DNA of 64,000 bases. It comes from an uncultured Burkholderiales bacterium (GTDB lineage Bacteria > Pseudomonadota > Gammaproteobacteria > Burkholderiales > Burkholderiaceae_C). The notes below the pieces were generated by a model. It saw nothing but the letters and a program-made list of their open reading frames with translations, did not search any database and was not told the origin of the DNA. The position numbers were made by a program, and so were the translations under genes. The stretch covers positions 1,763 through 65,762 of the forward strand of contig CAMFGY010000027.1 in the NCBI GenBank assembly GCA_945952065.1, written 5' to 3'. Positions 31,434 through 41,322 of the stretch are shown here, piece by piece. Each line of letters opens with the position of its first letter. Within the stretch, counting starts at the first letter, position 1.

Positions 31434-33079
31434 CTTGGACGCAAGACCTGACCCCGCCCATCATTTGGTCCATCGCCGGCCATGACAGCGGCGGGGGCGC
31501 CGGGCTCTCGGCCGACGCCCGCATGGCGGCGGCCTTTGGCGTGCATCTGTGTCCGGTGCTGAGCACGCTGACGGCACAGAACTCCCTGGGCGTGCACGGC
31601 CTGTGGCCGCTGCCCCTCGAACAGCTGCGCGCCCAGTTGCAGGCCCTGGCCAGCGATCTGCGACCACGCGCCATCAAGACCGGGCTGCTGGGCTCGGCCG
31701 CGCAGATTGCGCTGATCTGCGAGGTCCTCGATCAGTTGCGCACCGAAGGGCCGGTGGCCCTGCTGGTGGACCCGGTGCTCAGCGCCAGCGCCAATGGGGC
31801 CGATTTCGCGCAAGAGGCCTTGCTGTGTGCCTACCGCGAACAACTGCTGCCGCGCACCGATTTGCTCACGCCGAATCGGCGCGAAGCGGAGCGCTTGCTG
31901 GGCCTGGCGCCGGGCAGCGGCGAGCCGCAGGCGATGGCGGCGGCGCTGCAAGCCCTTGGTGCCGCCAGCGTTTGCATCACCGGCGGCGACGATGCCTCCG
32001 GCGCGCATGCGCTGGCCATCGACTGGCTCAGCAGCCCCTTGGCCAGCGGCCACCTGGCCTTGCCACGACTGCCCTCCACCCACCATCACGGCAGCGGCTG
32101 CAGCTTCACCAGCGCCGCCGCTGCGGCCTGCGCGCGCGGCTTCGCCATGCCCGATGCGGTAGTGCTGGCCAAGATGGCCACCTGGTGCGCGGTGCGCGAC
32201 GGCCATGCCGCCGGCACGGGCGCGGGCCCGGTGCGCGCCGGGGCAGCTTTTTTGTTCGAGCCGCGCGCCATGCCGGTGATGAGCTTTGGCGACGAGCCGC
32301 TGAGTAGCGCCACGCTGGCGCGTTGGGCCGAAGTGCTGCGGCGCGAGCCCATGCCCGCAGCGCCGCTGGGGCTGTATGCCATCACCGAGCGCCCGGCCCG
32401 CGTCGCCGAATTGGCCGCGGCGGGCTTGCCGCAGATTCAGCTGCGCATCAAGCGCGAGCAACTTACGGATGATGCGCAGCTGCGCGCCGCCATTGAACAA
32501 GCGCTGAATGCCGTGGCCGGCAGCAACAACAGCCGTTTGTGGATCAACGACCACTGGCAATTGGCGCTGGATGCGGGCGCGCAAGCCCTGCACCTGGGGC
32601 AAGAAGACTGGCAGGGCTTGCGCCTTGAAGAACGCGAGCGACTCTTGAGAAGCGGCGTCTTGCTGGGTCTCTCAAGCCACAGCCTGTGGGAGTTGGCCCG
32701 TGCACGCGGCCTGGCACCGCACTACATCGCCTGCGGCCCGGTCTGGCCCACCCTCACCAAGGCCATGCCCTGGCAGCCCCAAGGCCTGGACAACCTGGCC
32801 TGGTGGGTGCGCATGGCCGGCTGCCCGGTGGTGGCGATTGGCGGCATCCTCGCGCCGGAGCAGGTGCAGGCCTGCGCCGAGCAGGGCGCCGCGGCGGTCT
32901 GCTTGGTGCGAGCCTTAGAGCCAAGCGCTGGCGGGGACGCAAGCCTGCAGACCTTGAACGCGGCCTGGCACGCAGGCGCCGGCCTTGCGGCCAATGCGAA
33001 GCCACTGAGCGCGCAGTGCGCTCTTGAGCCCCCAGCGCCGCATCCGAGTCTCCTCAGCAGCGGCCCGCATAAGCACTGA
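31430..33079 (+). CDS. thiDE: Fused HMP/HMP-P kinase (ThiD) and thiamine-phosphate synthase (ThiE)
   Basis: N-terminal IAGHDSGGGAG..AD, IKTGLLG, VDPV, HGSGCSF; C-terminal QLRIK, INDHWQLA, LHLGQED, LGLSSH, YIACGPVWPT.TK, VAIGGI. Confidence 0.92.
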   Translation: MTWTQDLTPPIIWSIAGHDSGGGAGLSADARMAAAFGVHLCPVLSTLTAQNSLGVHGLWPLPLEQLRAQLQALASDLRPRAIKTGLLGSAAQIALICEVLDQLRTEGPVALLVDPVLSASANGADFAQEALLCAYREQLLPRTDLLTPNRREAERLLGLAPGSGEPQAMAAALQALGAASVCITGGDDASGAHALAIDWLSSPLASGHLALPRLPSTHHHGSGCSFTSAAAAACARGFAMPDAVVLAKMATWCAVRDGHAAGTGAGPVRAGAAFLFEPRAMPVMSFGDEPLSSATLARWAEVLRREPMPAAPLGLYAITERPARVAELAAAGLPQIQLRIKREQLTDDAQLRAAIEQALNAVAGSNNSRLWINDHWQLALDAGAQALHLGQEDWQGLRLEERERLLRSGVLLGLSSHSLWELARARGLAPHYIACGPVWPTLTKAMPWQPQGLDNLAWWVRMAGCPVVAIGGILAPEQVQACAEQGAAAVCLVRALEPSAGGDASLQTLNAAWHAGAGLAANAKPLSAQCALEPPAPHPSLLSSGPHKH

Positions 33080-33240
33080 GAGGCGCCCCCAGGCCTTCTC
33101 CTCCCCCCGCAACTGAGGGGGAAGTCATAGCCCCCCCCTTACTTCGGGTTTGTGCAGCCGTTTCAAGATCTTTCAAATCCGCCCGAGCCCCAACAAGGCG
33201 CGAGTCCTTGTCGGGAACCCATCCGATCAGAAAGCCCCCA

Positions 33241-33918
33241 ATGAAAAAGACTCTTTTGTTGACTGCCGCCTTGGCAGGTTTTGCATGCAGCGCCTCCGCC
33301 GGCGTGGTTTTGAGCCAGAACCGCGCGAATTTCGAAAGCCAGTTTGCAGGTGCCTACACCGTTGAGACCTTCACCTCCGACTCGCACTTCCCAATCTCCA
33401 CCGGTGTGCTCAACAGCAGCACCAATTTGCCAGGCATTGGCATCACACCGGGCTTGATCAAAGCCGGCGTGACGTATTCGACGCCGATCAGCACCGGCTT
33501 CTTTTTCAACATCGATGCTGGTGCTGGCTTCAATGGCGGTTTTCTGGACAACACCTACACCAATGCCCTCCTCACGGTGACCTTTGACAATGCCGTCTCG
33601 GCTTTTGGCTTTGACACCAATCAATTCATGCGCAATGTTGACGTCGTGCTTCGATACGACGACAACAGCAGCGAGGCCTTTCACGGCATTGCCACCTCGA
33701 TGAGCTTTTTCGGCTTCAACAATGACCAAGGACACAAGATCAAGTCGGCCGTGATTGGCTCGTTGCAGAACGGGACCTTCAAGTTCGCGCTGGATAACTT
33801 CACCTTTGGCAATCGGGGTGAACCTGCGCCTGCGATCCATGTGCCCGAGCCCAGCAGCCTGCTGCTGCTCGTGGCCGCCCTGAGTGGTGCCGCCCTGGCC
33901 CGCCGCCGCAAGGCCTGA
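33241..33918 (+). CDS. PEP-CTERM sorting domain protein
   Basis: MKKTLL signal peptide (ASA); C-terminal VPEPSS + hydrophobic stretch + RRRKA. Confidence 0.92.
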   Translation: MKKTLLLTAALAGFACSASAGVVLSQNRANFESQFAGAYTVETFTSDSHFPISTGVLNSSTNLPGIGITPGLIKAGVTYSTPISTGFFFNIDAGAGFNGGFLDNTYTNALLTVTFDNAVSAFGFDTNQFMRNVDVVLRYDDNSSEAFHGIATSMSFFGFNNDQGHKIKSAVIGSLQNGTFKFALDNFTFGNRGEPAPAIHVPEPSSLLLLVAALSGAALARRRKA

Positions 33919-33936
33919 AGGCGCTGCAACTGAATC

Positions 33937-33958
33937 AGCGACGCCGCGAGGCGTCGCT
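33937..33958. terminator. Hairpin between convergent genes
   Basis: AGCGACGCC-GCGA-GGCGTCGCT, 9-bp stem with GNRA loop. Confidence 0.55.
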
Positions 33959-33983
33959 CAGAACCTCAGCACCGAACCTCATC

Positions 33984-35273
33984 TCAAAAGGTCAGCACAA
34001 AACAAGCCCCGCCGCTGACCGGCTTGACGTAGCGCACGCTACCACCCATGCCGTGGACCAAGTTGCGCACCACGGCCAGGCCAATGCCCTGGCCGCCAGC
34101 GGCTTGGTCTTGCTGGGTGGACGGTTTGGTGCTGACGAAGGGCAGGAAGATGTCGTTCTCCATGCCGGCCGGCACGCCGGGGCCGTTGTCGCGCACCTCC
34201 AGGCTCAGGCGCGCGCCGCGCACCAAACGCGCCCGCACGATTAGCCGCGGCTGGGCCAAGCCAGCGCAGGCCTGAGCCGAGTTTTTGATCAGGTTCAGCA
34301 AGGCCTGCTCCAGCTGACCCGCATCGGCCATCAAGCTCAGGCTGGGTGACTCCAGCTCAAAGCGGGCTTCGCCACCGCGCGCGCGCCAGTCGGCCCCCAC
34401 CAGCTGCTCCAGCCGCGCAAACAGCTCGCTCAGCACCATCGGCTCGCGCTGGGGCTCCGGCCATTCGCTGACCTTGCGGTAGTTGCCCACAAAGGCCGCC
34501 AAGGCATCGGCGCGGCGGGCGATGGTGTCCATCGCCAGGGTCAGGTCTTGCTTGTCGGCCTCGGGCATCGGTGTCTCGCGCAGCAGATCTTGCGCGGTGC
34601 GCGAGAGCGAAGCGATGGGCGTGAGCGAATTCATGATCTCGTGCGTCAACACATGCACCAGCTGGCGCCAGGCCTTCAGGGTCTCCGCCTCCAGCTCCGA
34701 CTCCACTGGCATCATGGCCAAGAGCCGCACCGACTGCTGCTGCAGCACCAACTCGCGGCTGGCCAACAGGCAACGCTCGGTGCCCCGCTCACTCTCATAG
34801 CCGAACAGGCCATGTTCGCTGGCGCCCTGCGCTTCGGCCTGTGCATGGGCGGCCAGACGCGCCAGCAAATCCTCGCGATCGCGGGCACCGCCGGGCGCCA
34901 GCAAACGGCGCGCGGCATTGTTCAGCGCCTGCACCGTGGCCTGCCCAGCGCCTGCGCGGCTCCACTGCCACAAGGCCACCGGCGCATGCTCCAGCCGTGA
35001 CTCCAAGGCCAACTCATGCTGGCGCGCGTGGGCCTCGAAGGAGGCCGCCGGCCGCGCTCCCGCTTGCTCGCGCCACTGCGTTTCCTGCGCCAGCTGCGTG
35101 CGCATGCGCGCCCCCCAGCGCCAGGCCAAACCCACGCCGGCCAGCGCGGGCAAGAGCGCCAACACCATCAAGCGCGGCGACTCATGCTGCCAACCCGCCA
35201 GGCCCGCGCCGCCCAGCATCATGCCCAGGCCCAGCAGCGCCGGCCAGGCGCGCAGACGGCGTCTAGAGTCCAT
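33984..35273 (-). CDS. Sensor histidine kinase (two TM helices, short loop)
   Basis: H-box LTHEIMNSLTPI, N-box LLNLIKNS, DNGPG, FLPFVSTK, GIGL. Confidence 0.93.
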   Translation of the reverse strand: MDSRRRLRAWPALLGLGMMLGGAGLAGWQHESPRLMVLALLPALAGVGLAWRWGARMRTQLAQETQWREQAGARPAASFEAHARQHELALESRLEHAPVALWQWSRAGAGQATVQALNNAARRLLAPGGARDREDLLARLAAHAQAEAQGASEHGLFGYESERGTERCLLASRELVLQQQSVRLLAMMPVESELEAETLKAWRQLVHVLTHEIMNSLTPIASLSRTAQDLLRETPMPEADKQDLTLAMDTIARRADALAAFVGNYRKVSEWPEPQREPMVLSELFARLEQLVGADWRARGGEARFELESPSLSLMADAGQLEQALLNLIKNSAQACAGLAQPRLIVRARLVRGARLSLEVRDNGPGVPAGMENDIFLPFVSTKPSTQQDQAAGGQGIGLAVVRNLVHGMGGSVRYVKPVSGGACFVLTF

Positions 35274-36612
35274 ATTTCTCCAGCCGCCGGTACAGCGCGG
35301 CCCGGCTCAGGCCCAGCAAGCGGGCCGCTTGGCTGATATTGCCCTGGGCCACTTGCATGGCTTCCTCCAGCGCGGCCCGCTCGCGCTCGCTGAGAGGCAG
35401 CAAAGCCGTGCTGGCCTCGTTGGACTCAACGACGAGCGGACTCGCAAGCGGCGGTGCAACTGACGCAAGAGGCGCACGCTGCAAGGCAAAGTCCACCAAC
35501 TCGAAGCGCTCGCCCGGCGCCAAGATCACGGCGCGCTCACAAGCATGGCGCAGCGCACGCACATTGCCGTGCCAGTCGTGCGCCAGCAAGCCCGCCAAGG
35601 CTTGCGGTGAGATTGCACGCTCAGGCTTTTGGTACTGCGCGGCGTAATAGGCCAGGTAATGCTGGGCCAGCAAGGGGATGTCTTCGCGACGCTCGCGCAG
35701 CGGGGGCAGGCGCAGCACGATGGTGTTCAATCGGTAGAGCAAGTCGGGGCGGAAGCGCTGCGCATCAAACAGCGCGGCCTCGTCGAGATTGGTGGCGCTG
35801 ACGATGCGCACATCAATCGGCACCGCCGCGTCGGCCCCCAGCGGCGTGACCTCGCGCCGCTCCAACACGGTCAAAAGCTTGGCCTGCGCGGCCAGCGGCA
35901 TATTCGCCACTTCGTCCATGAACAAAGTGCCGCCTTGCGCGGCCTGGAAGCGCCCCAGCCGCTCGCTGCGCGCATCGGTGAAGCTGCCGCGCTTGTGGCC
36001 AAACAGCTCGCTCTCTAAAGTGCTGTCACTCAAGGCACCCAGGTCCACCGCCAAAAAGGTCTGGTCCGCTCGCTTGGACAAGGCATGGATCTCGCGCGCC
36101 ACCAACTCCTTGCCCGAGCCCATCTCCCCCAAGACCAACACATTGGCCTCGGTGGGCGCCACGCTGCGAATCAGCGAGCGCAACTCCTGCATCGCGCGCG
36201 ACTCGCCCAGCAAGGCCGACGCTGCCTGCGTTCTGGGCTGGCGGCTGGCCAGGGCGGCCGCGACCGTGGCCAGCAGCTTGTCGTTGTTCCAGGGCTTGGT
36301 GATGAAATCAAAAGCCCCGGCCTTGAGCGCCGCCACCGCCAAGTTCACCTCGGCATAGGCCGTCATCACGATCACCGCCGGCGGCTGCGGGCGCCGCATC
36401 ACCTCGGCCAACACCGCCTGCCCCTGCGCACCGTCGATGCGGCCGGGTAGGAAATTCATATCGAGCAGCAGCAACTCCACCGGCTCGGCATCCAGCGCCG
36501 CCGCCAGTTGATCGGGCTGCTGCAAGAGCCGCACCGGCCCAAAGCGCCGCTGCAAGAGCAGCTTGGCCGCAATGCCCACATCGGGGTCGTCGTCAAGAAT
36601 CAGCAGGGACAT
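35263..36612 (-). CDS. Sigma54-dependent (NtrC-type) response regulator
   Basis: REC (ILDDD, LLLDMNF, ITKPW); AAA+ (GEMGSGKE, FGHKRGSFTDA, FMDEV, FRPDLLYRLN); Fis-type HTH. Confidence 0.95.
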   Translation of the reverse strand: MSLLILDDDPDVGIAAKLLLQRRFGPVRLLQQPDQLAAALDAEPVELLLLDMNFLPGRIDGAQGQAVLAEVMRRPQPPAVIVMTAYAEVNLAVAALKAGAFDFITKPWNNDKLLATVAAALASRQPRTQAASALLGESRAMQELRSLIRSVAPTEANVLVLGEMGSGKELVAREIHALSKRADQTFLAVDLGALSDSTLESELFGHKRGSFTDARSERLGRFQAAQGGTLFMDEVANMPLAAQAKLLTVLERREVTPLGADAAVPIDVRIVSATNLDEAALFDAQRFRPDLLYRLNTIVLRLPPLRERREDIPLLAQHYLAYYAAQYQKPERAISPQALAGLLAHDWHGNVRALRHACERAVILAPGERFELVDFALQRAPLASVAPPLASPLVVESNEASTALLPLSERERAALEEAMQVAQGNISQAARLLGLSRAALYRRLEKYGL

Positions 36613-36681
36613 GGGCGAGACGATAGCAGCCTGAGCCTCAGTTCTGGGGCCCATCCTGGCCTTGAATGCATAGAAATGCGG

Positions 36682-36703
36682 GACTGTCCGATTCCGGACA
36701 GTC
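36682..36703. promoter_or_regulatory. Enhancer-like palindrome UAS1
   Basis: GACTGTCCG-ATTC-CGGACAGTC, perfect 9-bp inverted repeat. Confidence 0.75.
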
Positions 36704-36716
36704 AAGCGCCGCGCCA

Positions 36717-36736
36717 CCTGTCCGGAAGCGGACAGG
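36717..36736. promoter_or_regulatory. Enhancer-like palindrome UAS2
   Basis: CCTGTCCG-GAAG-CGGACAGG; same TGTCCG-N4-CGGACA core as UAS1. Confidence 0.75.
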
Positions 36737-36774
36737 TACACAAGTCTTGCGCCCCTCCGCCCGGCCCAAAACGT

Positions 36775-36790
36775 TGGCACAGCTCTTGCA
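36775..36790 (+). promoter_or_regulatory. Sigma54 -24/-12 promoter
   Basis: TGGCAC-AGCTC-TTGCA, an exact match to TGGCAC-N5-TTGCA. Confidence 0.88.
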
Positions 36791-36801
36791 CTAAAGCGGG
36801 C

Positions 36802-38091
36802 ATGAACGCGAATCTGCATCGATTGCCTCCGGTCACTGGCGCTGCCATGGACCGGGTTTTGCCCAAGAACAAATACGCCAAGCCGCTGCGCTGGGCGGCT
36901 GCGGCCTTGGTCGTGATGGCCGCGGCCGGGCTGCTGGTCTACAGCGTGCCGCGCGGCCTGAGCGTGCCGCTCAGCGAGCTGAGCCTGGCCACGGTGAGCG
37001 AAGGCGAGTTCCGCGATGAGCTGGTGCTGCGGGCCCAGGTGGTGCCGGCGCATCAGGTGCTGCTGGATGCGACCGAGAGTGGCCGCGTCGACGCGGTGCT
37101 GGTGCGTGACGGCGACATGCTCAAAGAAGGCGCCCTGCTCTACCGCCTGTCCAACCCGCAGCGCGAGCAAGAGGTCTTGCAGCGCTCCGCCGAGGTGGCG
37201 CAGCAGCAGGCCAATTTGGCCATGCAGCGTACCGCGCTGGCCAATGCCCAGGCCATGCAGCGCCGCGACCTCAGTAACTTGCAGCATGAGCTGACCAAGG
37301 CCGAGAACGAGCTGAGCCGCCAGCAAAGTCTGGCCGCGCAAGGTTTTGTGTCCGCCTCGGCGCTGGAAGACGCCAAGCTGCGCCGCGAACAACAGCTGCG
37401 CCTGCTGAACCAAGCCCGCGAAGACGGCAGCGCCGAGCTGCGCACCCGCGAGCAAGCGGTGGCCGAGATGGAGCGCGCCGTCAAAGGCCTGAGCGAAGGG
37501 CTGGCGGTGGTGCGCAAGGCGGCCAGCGGTTTGTCGGCCCGCGCGCCGCGCGACGGCCAGCTCAGCGGCTTCACGCTGCAGGTGGGCAGCTCGGTCAAAC
37601 CGGGCGACCGCTTGGGCCGCATCGACGATATCAATGGCTTCAAGCTCAGCGGCAATGTCGACGAGTTTTATCTGAGCCGCGTGCAAACCGGCTTGAAAGC
37701 CAGCCTGGAGGCCGGCGGCAAGACCTGGCCCCTGACGGTGTCGCAACGGCTGCCGCAAGTCAAAGACGGGCGCTTTGGCGTCGAGTTGGAGTTCACGCAA
37801 GACCTGCCCCCGGCCCTGCAAGCCGGTCAAAGCCTGGACGCCCGCATCGTGCTGGGCCAGCCCAGCCGCGCCAAGCTCTTGGCCGACGGCCCCTTCTACG
37901 CCGACAGCGGCGGCGCCTGGGTTTATGTCTTGAACGCCGACGGCAGCAAGGCCGAGCGCCGCAATGTACGCCTGGGCCGCCGCGCCGCCGGGCAGATCGA
38001 GGTGCTCGAAGGCCTGGCACCGAACGAACGTGTGATCGTCTCCAAAGTGCGCCAGTTCGGCGAGGCGAAAACACTGAATCTCAAGTCCTGA
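36802..38091 (+). CDS. Periplasmic adaptor (HlyD/MacA-like membrane fusion protein)
   Basis: One TM helix, lipoyl-like GRVDAVLVRDGDMLKEG..L..L.NP, coiled coil, APRDG. Alternative start at 36847. Confidence 0.9.
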   Translation: MNANLHRLPPVTGAAMDRVLPKNKYAKPLRWAAAALVVMAAAGLLVYSVPRGLSVPLSELSLATVSEGEFRDELVLRAQVVPAHQVLLDATESGRVDAVLVRDGDMLKEGALLYRLSNPQREQEVLQRSAEVAQQQANLAMQRTALANAQAMQRRDLSNLQHELTKAENELSRQQSLAAQGFVSASALEDAKLRREQQLRLLNQAREDGSAELRTREQAVAEMERAVKGLSEGLAVVRKAASGLSARAPRDGQLSGFTLQVGSSVKPGDRLGRIDDINGFKLSGNVDEFYLSRVQTGLKASLEAGGKTWPLTVSQRLPQVKDGRFGVELEFTQDLPPALQAGQSLDARIVLGQPSRAKLLADGPFYADSGGAWVYVLNADGSKAERRNVRLGRRAAGQIEVLEGLAPNERVIVSKVRQFGEAKTLNLKS

Positions 38092-38133
38092 AGAACCTCT
38101 CATCCAGAACCTAATTTCCGAGGAGCGAACGCC

Positions 38134-38811
38134 ATGATCCAGCTGAAGAACCTGAGCAAACTGCACCGCAACAGCGAAGTCGAAACCACGGCCCTGAATT
38201 GCATTGACCTGGAGATCGAAGCCGGCGAGTACCTGTCCATCACCGGCCCCTCGGGCTGCGGCAAGTCCAGCCTGCTGAGCATCCTGGGCCTGCTGGACGC
38301 ACCCAGCAGCGGCGAGTATTGGTTCGATGGCCAGAACGTCACCGGTTGGAGCGAACGGCAGCTCAGCAAGCTGCGTCGGGGCCGCATCGGTTTTGTGTTC
38401 CAGAGCTTCAATTTGATCGACGACTTGAGCGTGCGCGAGAACATCGAGCTCGCCCTGGAGTACGGCGAGGTGCCAGCGTCGGAGCACAAGAGCCGGGTCG
38501 ATGAGGTGATGCATCGCCTGGGCATCACGCACCGCGCCAACCATCGCCCCTCGCAACTCTCCGGCGGGCAACAGCAGCGGGTGGCGATTGCCCGCGCCAT
38601 CGTCTCGCGCCCGGCCCTGCTGCTGGCCGACGAGCCCACCGGCAATCTGGACAGCGCCCAGGGCGACGAGGTGATGCGCATCCTGCGCGAGCTCAATGCC
38701 GAAGGCACGACGCTGGTGATGGTGACGCACTCGCCGGCCCACGCAGCGCAGGCCAACCGCTGCCTGCGCCTGCTGGATGGCCGCATCCTCGTTGACGCCC
38801 TGGCCGCCTGA
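38134..38811 (+). CDS. ABC transporter ATP-binding protein (MacB/LolD type)
   Basis: GPSGCGKS, LSGGQQQR, LLADEPTGNLD, VTH. Confidence 0.96.
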   Translation: MIQLKNLSKLHRNSEVETTALNCIDLEIEAGEYLSITGPSGCGKSSLLSILGLLDAPSSGEYWFDGQNVTGWSERQLSKLRRGRIGFVFQSFNLIDDLSVRENIELALEYGEVPASEHKSRVDEVMHRLGITHRANHRPSQLSGGQQQRVAIARAIVSRPALLLADEPTGNLDSAQGDEVMRILRELNAEGTTLVMVTHSPAHAAQANRCLRLLDGRILVDALAA

Positions 38812-38822
38812 AAGAAACCGCC

Positions 38823-41222
38823 ATGAACCTCAAAGACCTGCGCGTCGCCTGGCGCCAACTGCTGGCCGAGCCGGCCTATTCCCTGGTGGTGGTCTTGGGC
38901 CTGGCCATTGCCATTGCCGCCACTTATCTGGTGGCCCTGCTGCTGGCCAATCGCTGGCTGCCCGACCCCGCTGTGCCGGCGCCAGAGCGCGTGCTGCGCA
39001 TGGAATTCAAAGGCAATATCCCGGGCCGCGATGACGATTGGTTCAGCAACAGCCCCTTTGTCTTTGCCCCGGCGCTTCGCGAGGCCAAGGCGCCCATCAC
39101 CCAAGCAGCCCGTTTGCTCGACAGCGAACAAAGCCTGCGGGTGGGCGCGCGGCTCAGCAAGACCCAAGTGCTGTTCAGCGACCCCGACTTGGTGCCCATG
39201 TTTGGCCTCAAAGCCAGCCAAGGAGATTTGCAGGCCGCACTCAGCAAACCCGATGCCATCGCCTTGACCAGCCTCGCCGCCGAGCGTCTGTTCGGTAACG
39301 GGCAGCAGGCGCTGGGTCAACGAGTGCGCATGAATGGGCAGGACATGACAGTGGTGGCGGTGTTGCCGCCGCAGGCCGCCAACAGCGAGTTGCAATTCGA
39401 CGCGCTCGCCAGCATCGAATCCCCCAGCTCGGGCATGGCCGCGAGCGGCATGGACAAAATTTGGTACGCGGTGGCGGGCCGGGTCTTTGTGCGCTTGGCC
39501 GAGGGCGCCAGCAGCGCGCAACTGACCCAGCTGATGCAAGACATTTTTGACCGCAGCCCGGGCACCCTGGAAGTGCCGCCCGAGTGGCGCGCCGGCGGCC
39601 GCAAGAGCGCCTTTGTGCGCGCCGTGCCCTTGACCCGCCTGCCTTTCGAGGGCGCCGGCAGCAGCACGCGCTTGATGCTTTATGCCGCCCTGGGCTCGGC
39701 GGCCAGCTTGATGCTGGGCTTGGCCGCCATCAACTATGTGAACCTGAGCAGTGTGCGCACGCTGCGCCGCCAACGCGAAATCGCGGTGCGCAAGAGCCTG
39801 GGCGCCAGCCCGGACCGCTTGGCCGCCCAGTTCGTGGCCGAATCCAGCCTGGTCGCCTTGTTGGCGGGCGCGGTGGGCCTGCTGCTGGCCTGGCTCTTGG
39901 CGCCAGCATTGGCGGATTTGCTGGATGTGAAATTTGCAGCCCATTTGCTGGCACCGATGCAGTTGCTGAGCCTGGCACTGGGCTGCCTGTTGCTGGGCCT
40001 GCTGACCGGCTTGTACCCGGCCCGCGTGGCGCTGAATGTGCATTGCGCACCGGCTTTGCAGGGGCGCAAGCAGAGCGAAGGCGCCGGGGGCCGCACGCTG
40101 CGCCGCGGCATGACGGTGTTCCAGTTTTGCGCCGCGCTGACGCTGTCGGGGGTGGCGGTGGTGGTGGTCTGGCAAAGCCACTATGTGGCCCAGCTCGACC
40201 TCGGCTTCAAGACCGCTGGACTGCTGGCCCTGGACCTGCCAGACAACATCAAGCCCGAGCAGGTCGATGGTCTTTACGAAACCCTGAAACACCACCCCGC
40301 CGTGCAAGGCCTGAGCTGGAGCGAAGACGTGCCGGGCCGCAACCCGGTGGGCCTGATTGACACCTTGGCCCACGGCGAAACCAAAGCCGGCGCCCGCAGC
40401 GCCCGCTATGACCTGGGCTTTTTCTCGGTGTACCAAATCCCCATCGTGGCCGGCAGCCTGGACGGCATTGTCTTGCCCGACAAAACCGAGCCCGGCGTTG
40501 ACCGACCTCTGGCGATTGATGAAACAGCGGTGAAGGCCTTTGGCTTTGCCTCCGCTCAGGCAGCCATTGGCCAGCAGCTGATGTCGGGGCCGAACGGCTT
40601 TCGCGTCATGGCCGTGGTGGGCGCCATCAAGCAAGAGTCGGCCCGCAATATCTCGCAGCCGCAAGTGTTTCGCCTCTCCAAAAAAGTGCGCAATGTGCTG
40701 ACGCTGAAAGGCCCCGATATGGCGGCGCTGCGCGCAGCGGCCGCCGAGGCGTGGCCGCGCTATCTGCCCGACACCGTGATCGAGATGAACGGCGTCGATG
40801 AGCAACTGGCGCAGCGCTACCGCATGGACCGCAATGTGGGCCGCCTGATCGCAACGACCAGCTTGATTGCGCTGCTGCTGGCCGGCTTTGGCGTCTATGC
40901 GCTGGCCGCCTACACCGTGCGCCGCAGCCAGCTGGAGATCGTGATCCGCAAGCTGCATGGCGCCGACCATCGCCACATCGCCGCACTGCTGATGAAGGAG
41001 TTTGCGCCGCTCTTGGCTTGGGCCGCGCTGTTCAGCCTGCCTTTGATCTGGTGGGTCGGCCACCACTATCTGACGGGCTTTGTTGAGCATGCGGACATGG
41101 GGGGCTGGCCGCTCTTGGCCGCGCTATTGCTGACCTTGTTGATGACCGCCCTGGCCGGCCTGCGCCATGGCCTGGCCGCGCTCGCCATGCGGCCCATCCT
41201 GGCCCTGCGCGACGGCGGCTGA
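38823..41222 (+). CDS. ABC permease, duplicated MacB/FtsX type (copy 1)
   Basis: Two periplasmic and two FtsX-type halves (REIAVRKSLGAS; EIVIRKLHGA). Confidence 0.92.
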   Translation: MNLKDLRVAWRQLLAEPAYSLVVVLGLAIAIAATYLVALLLANRWLPDPAVPAPERVLRMEFKGNIPGRDDDWFSNSPFVFAPALREAKAPITQAARLLDSEQSLRVGARLSKTQVLFSDPDLVPMFGLKASQGDLQAALSKPDAIALTSLAAERLFGNGQQALGQRVRMNGQDMTVVAVLPPQAANSELQFDALASIESPSSGMAASGMDKIWYAVAGRVFVRLAEGASSAQLTQLMQDIFDRSPGTLEVPPEWRAGGRKSAFVRAVPLTRLPFEGAGSSTRLMLYAALGSAASLMLGLAAINYVNLSSVRTLRRQREIAVRKSLGASPDRLAAQFVAESSLVALLAGAVGLLLAWLLAPALADLLDVKFAAHLLAPMQLLSLALGCLLLGLLTGLYPARVALNVHCAPALQGRKQSEGAGGRTLRRGMTVFQFCAALTLSGVAVVVVWQSHYVAQLDLGFKTAGLLALDLPDNIKPEQVDGLYETLKHHPAVQGLSWSEDVPGRNPVGLIDTLAHGETKAGARSARYDLGFFSVYQIPIVAGSLDGIVLPDKTEPGVDRPLAIDETAVKAFGFASAQAAIGQQLMSGPNGFRVMAVVGAIKQESARNISQPQVFRLSKKVRNVLTLKGPDMAALRAAAAEAWPRYLPDTVIEMNGVDEQLAQRYRMDRNVGRLIATTSLIALLLAGFGVYALAAYTVRRSQLEIVIRKLHGADHRHIAALLMKEFAPLLAWAALFSLPLIWWVGHHYLTGFVEHADMGGWPLLAALLLTLLMTALAGLRHGLAALAMRPILALRDGG

Positions 41223-41322
41223 GAGCAAGCCAAAGCACAAAAAAAAGAAACCGAGGAGGAAGCAGGCGGCATCAAGCCGCCGCCTGCTCTTGCAAACAAG
41301 CACAGCCCACACCCCCCATGCC

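Noticed and set aside
36613-38742. Upstream extension of the 1159-aa ORF 35263-38742
   Set aside because: Antisense shadow of the adaptor and ATPase genes; the regulator starts at 36612 (MSLLILDDD).
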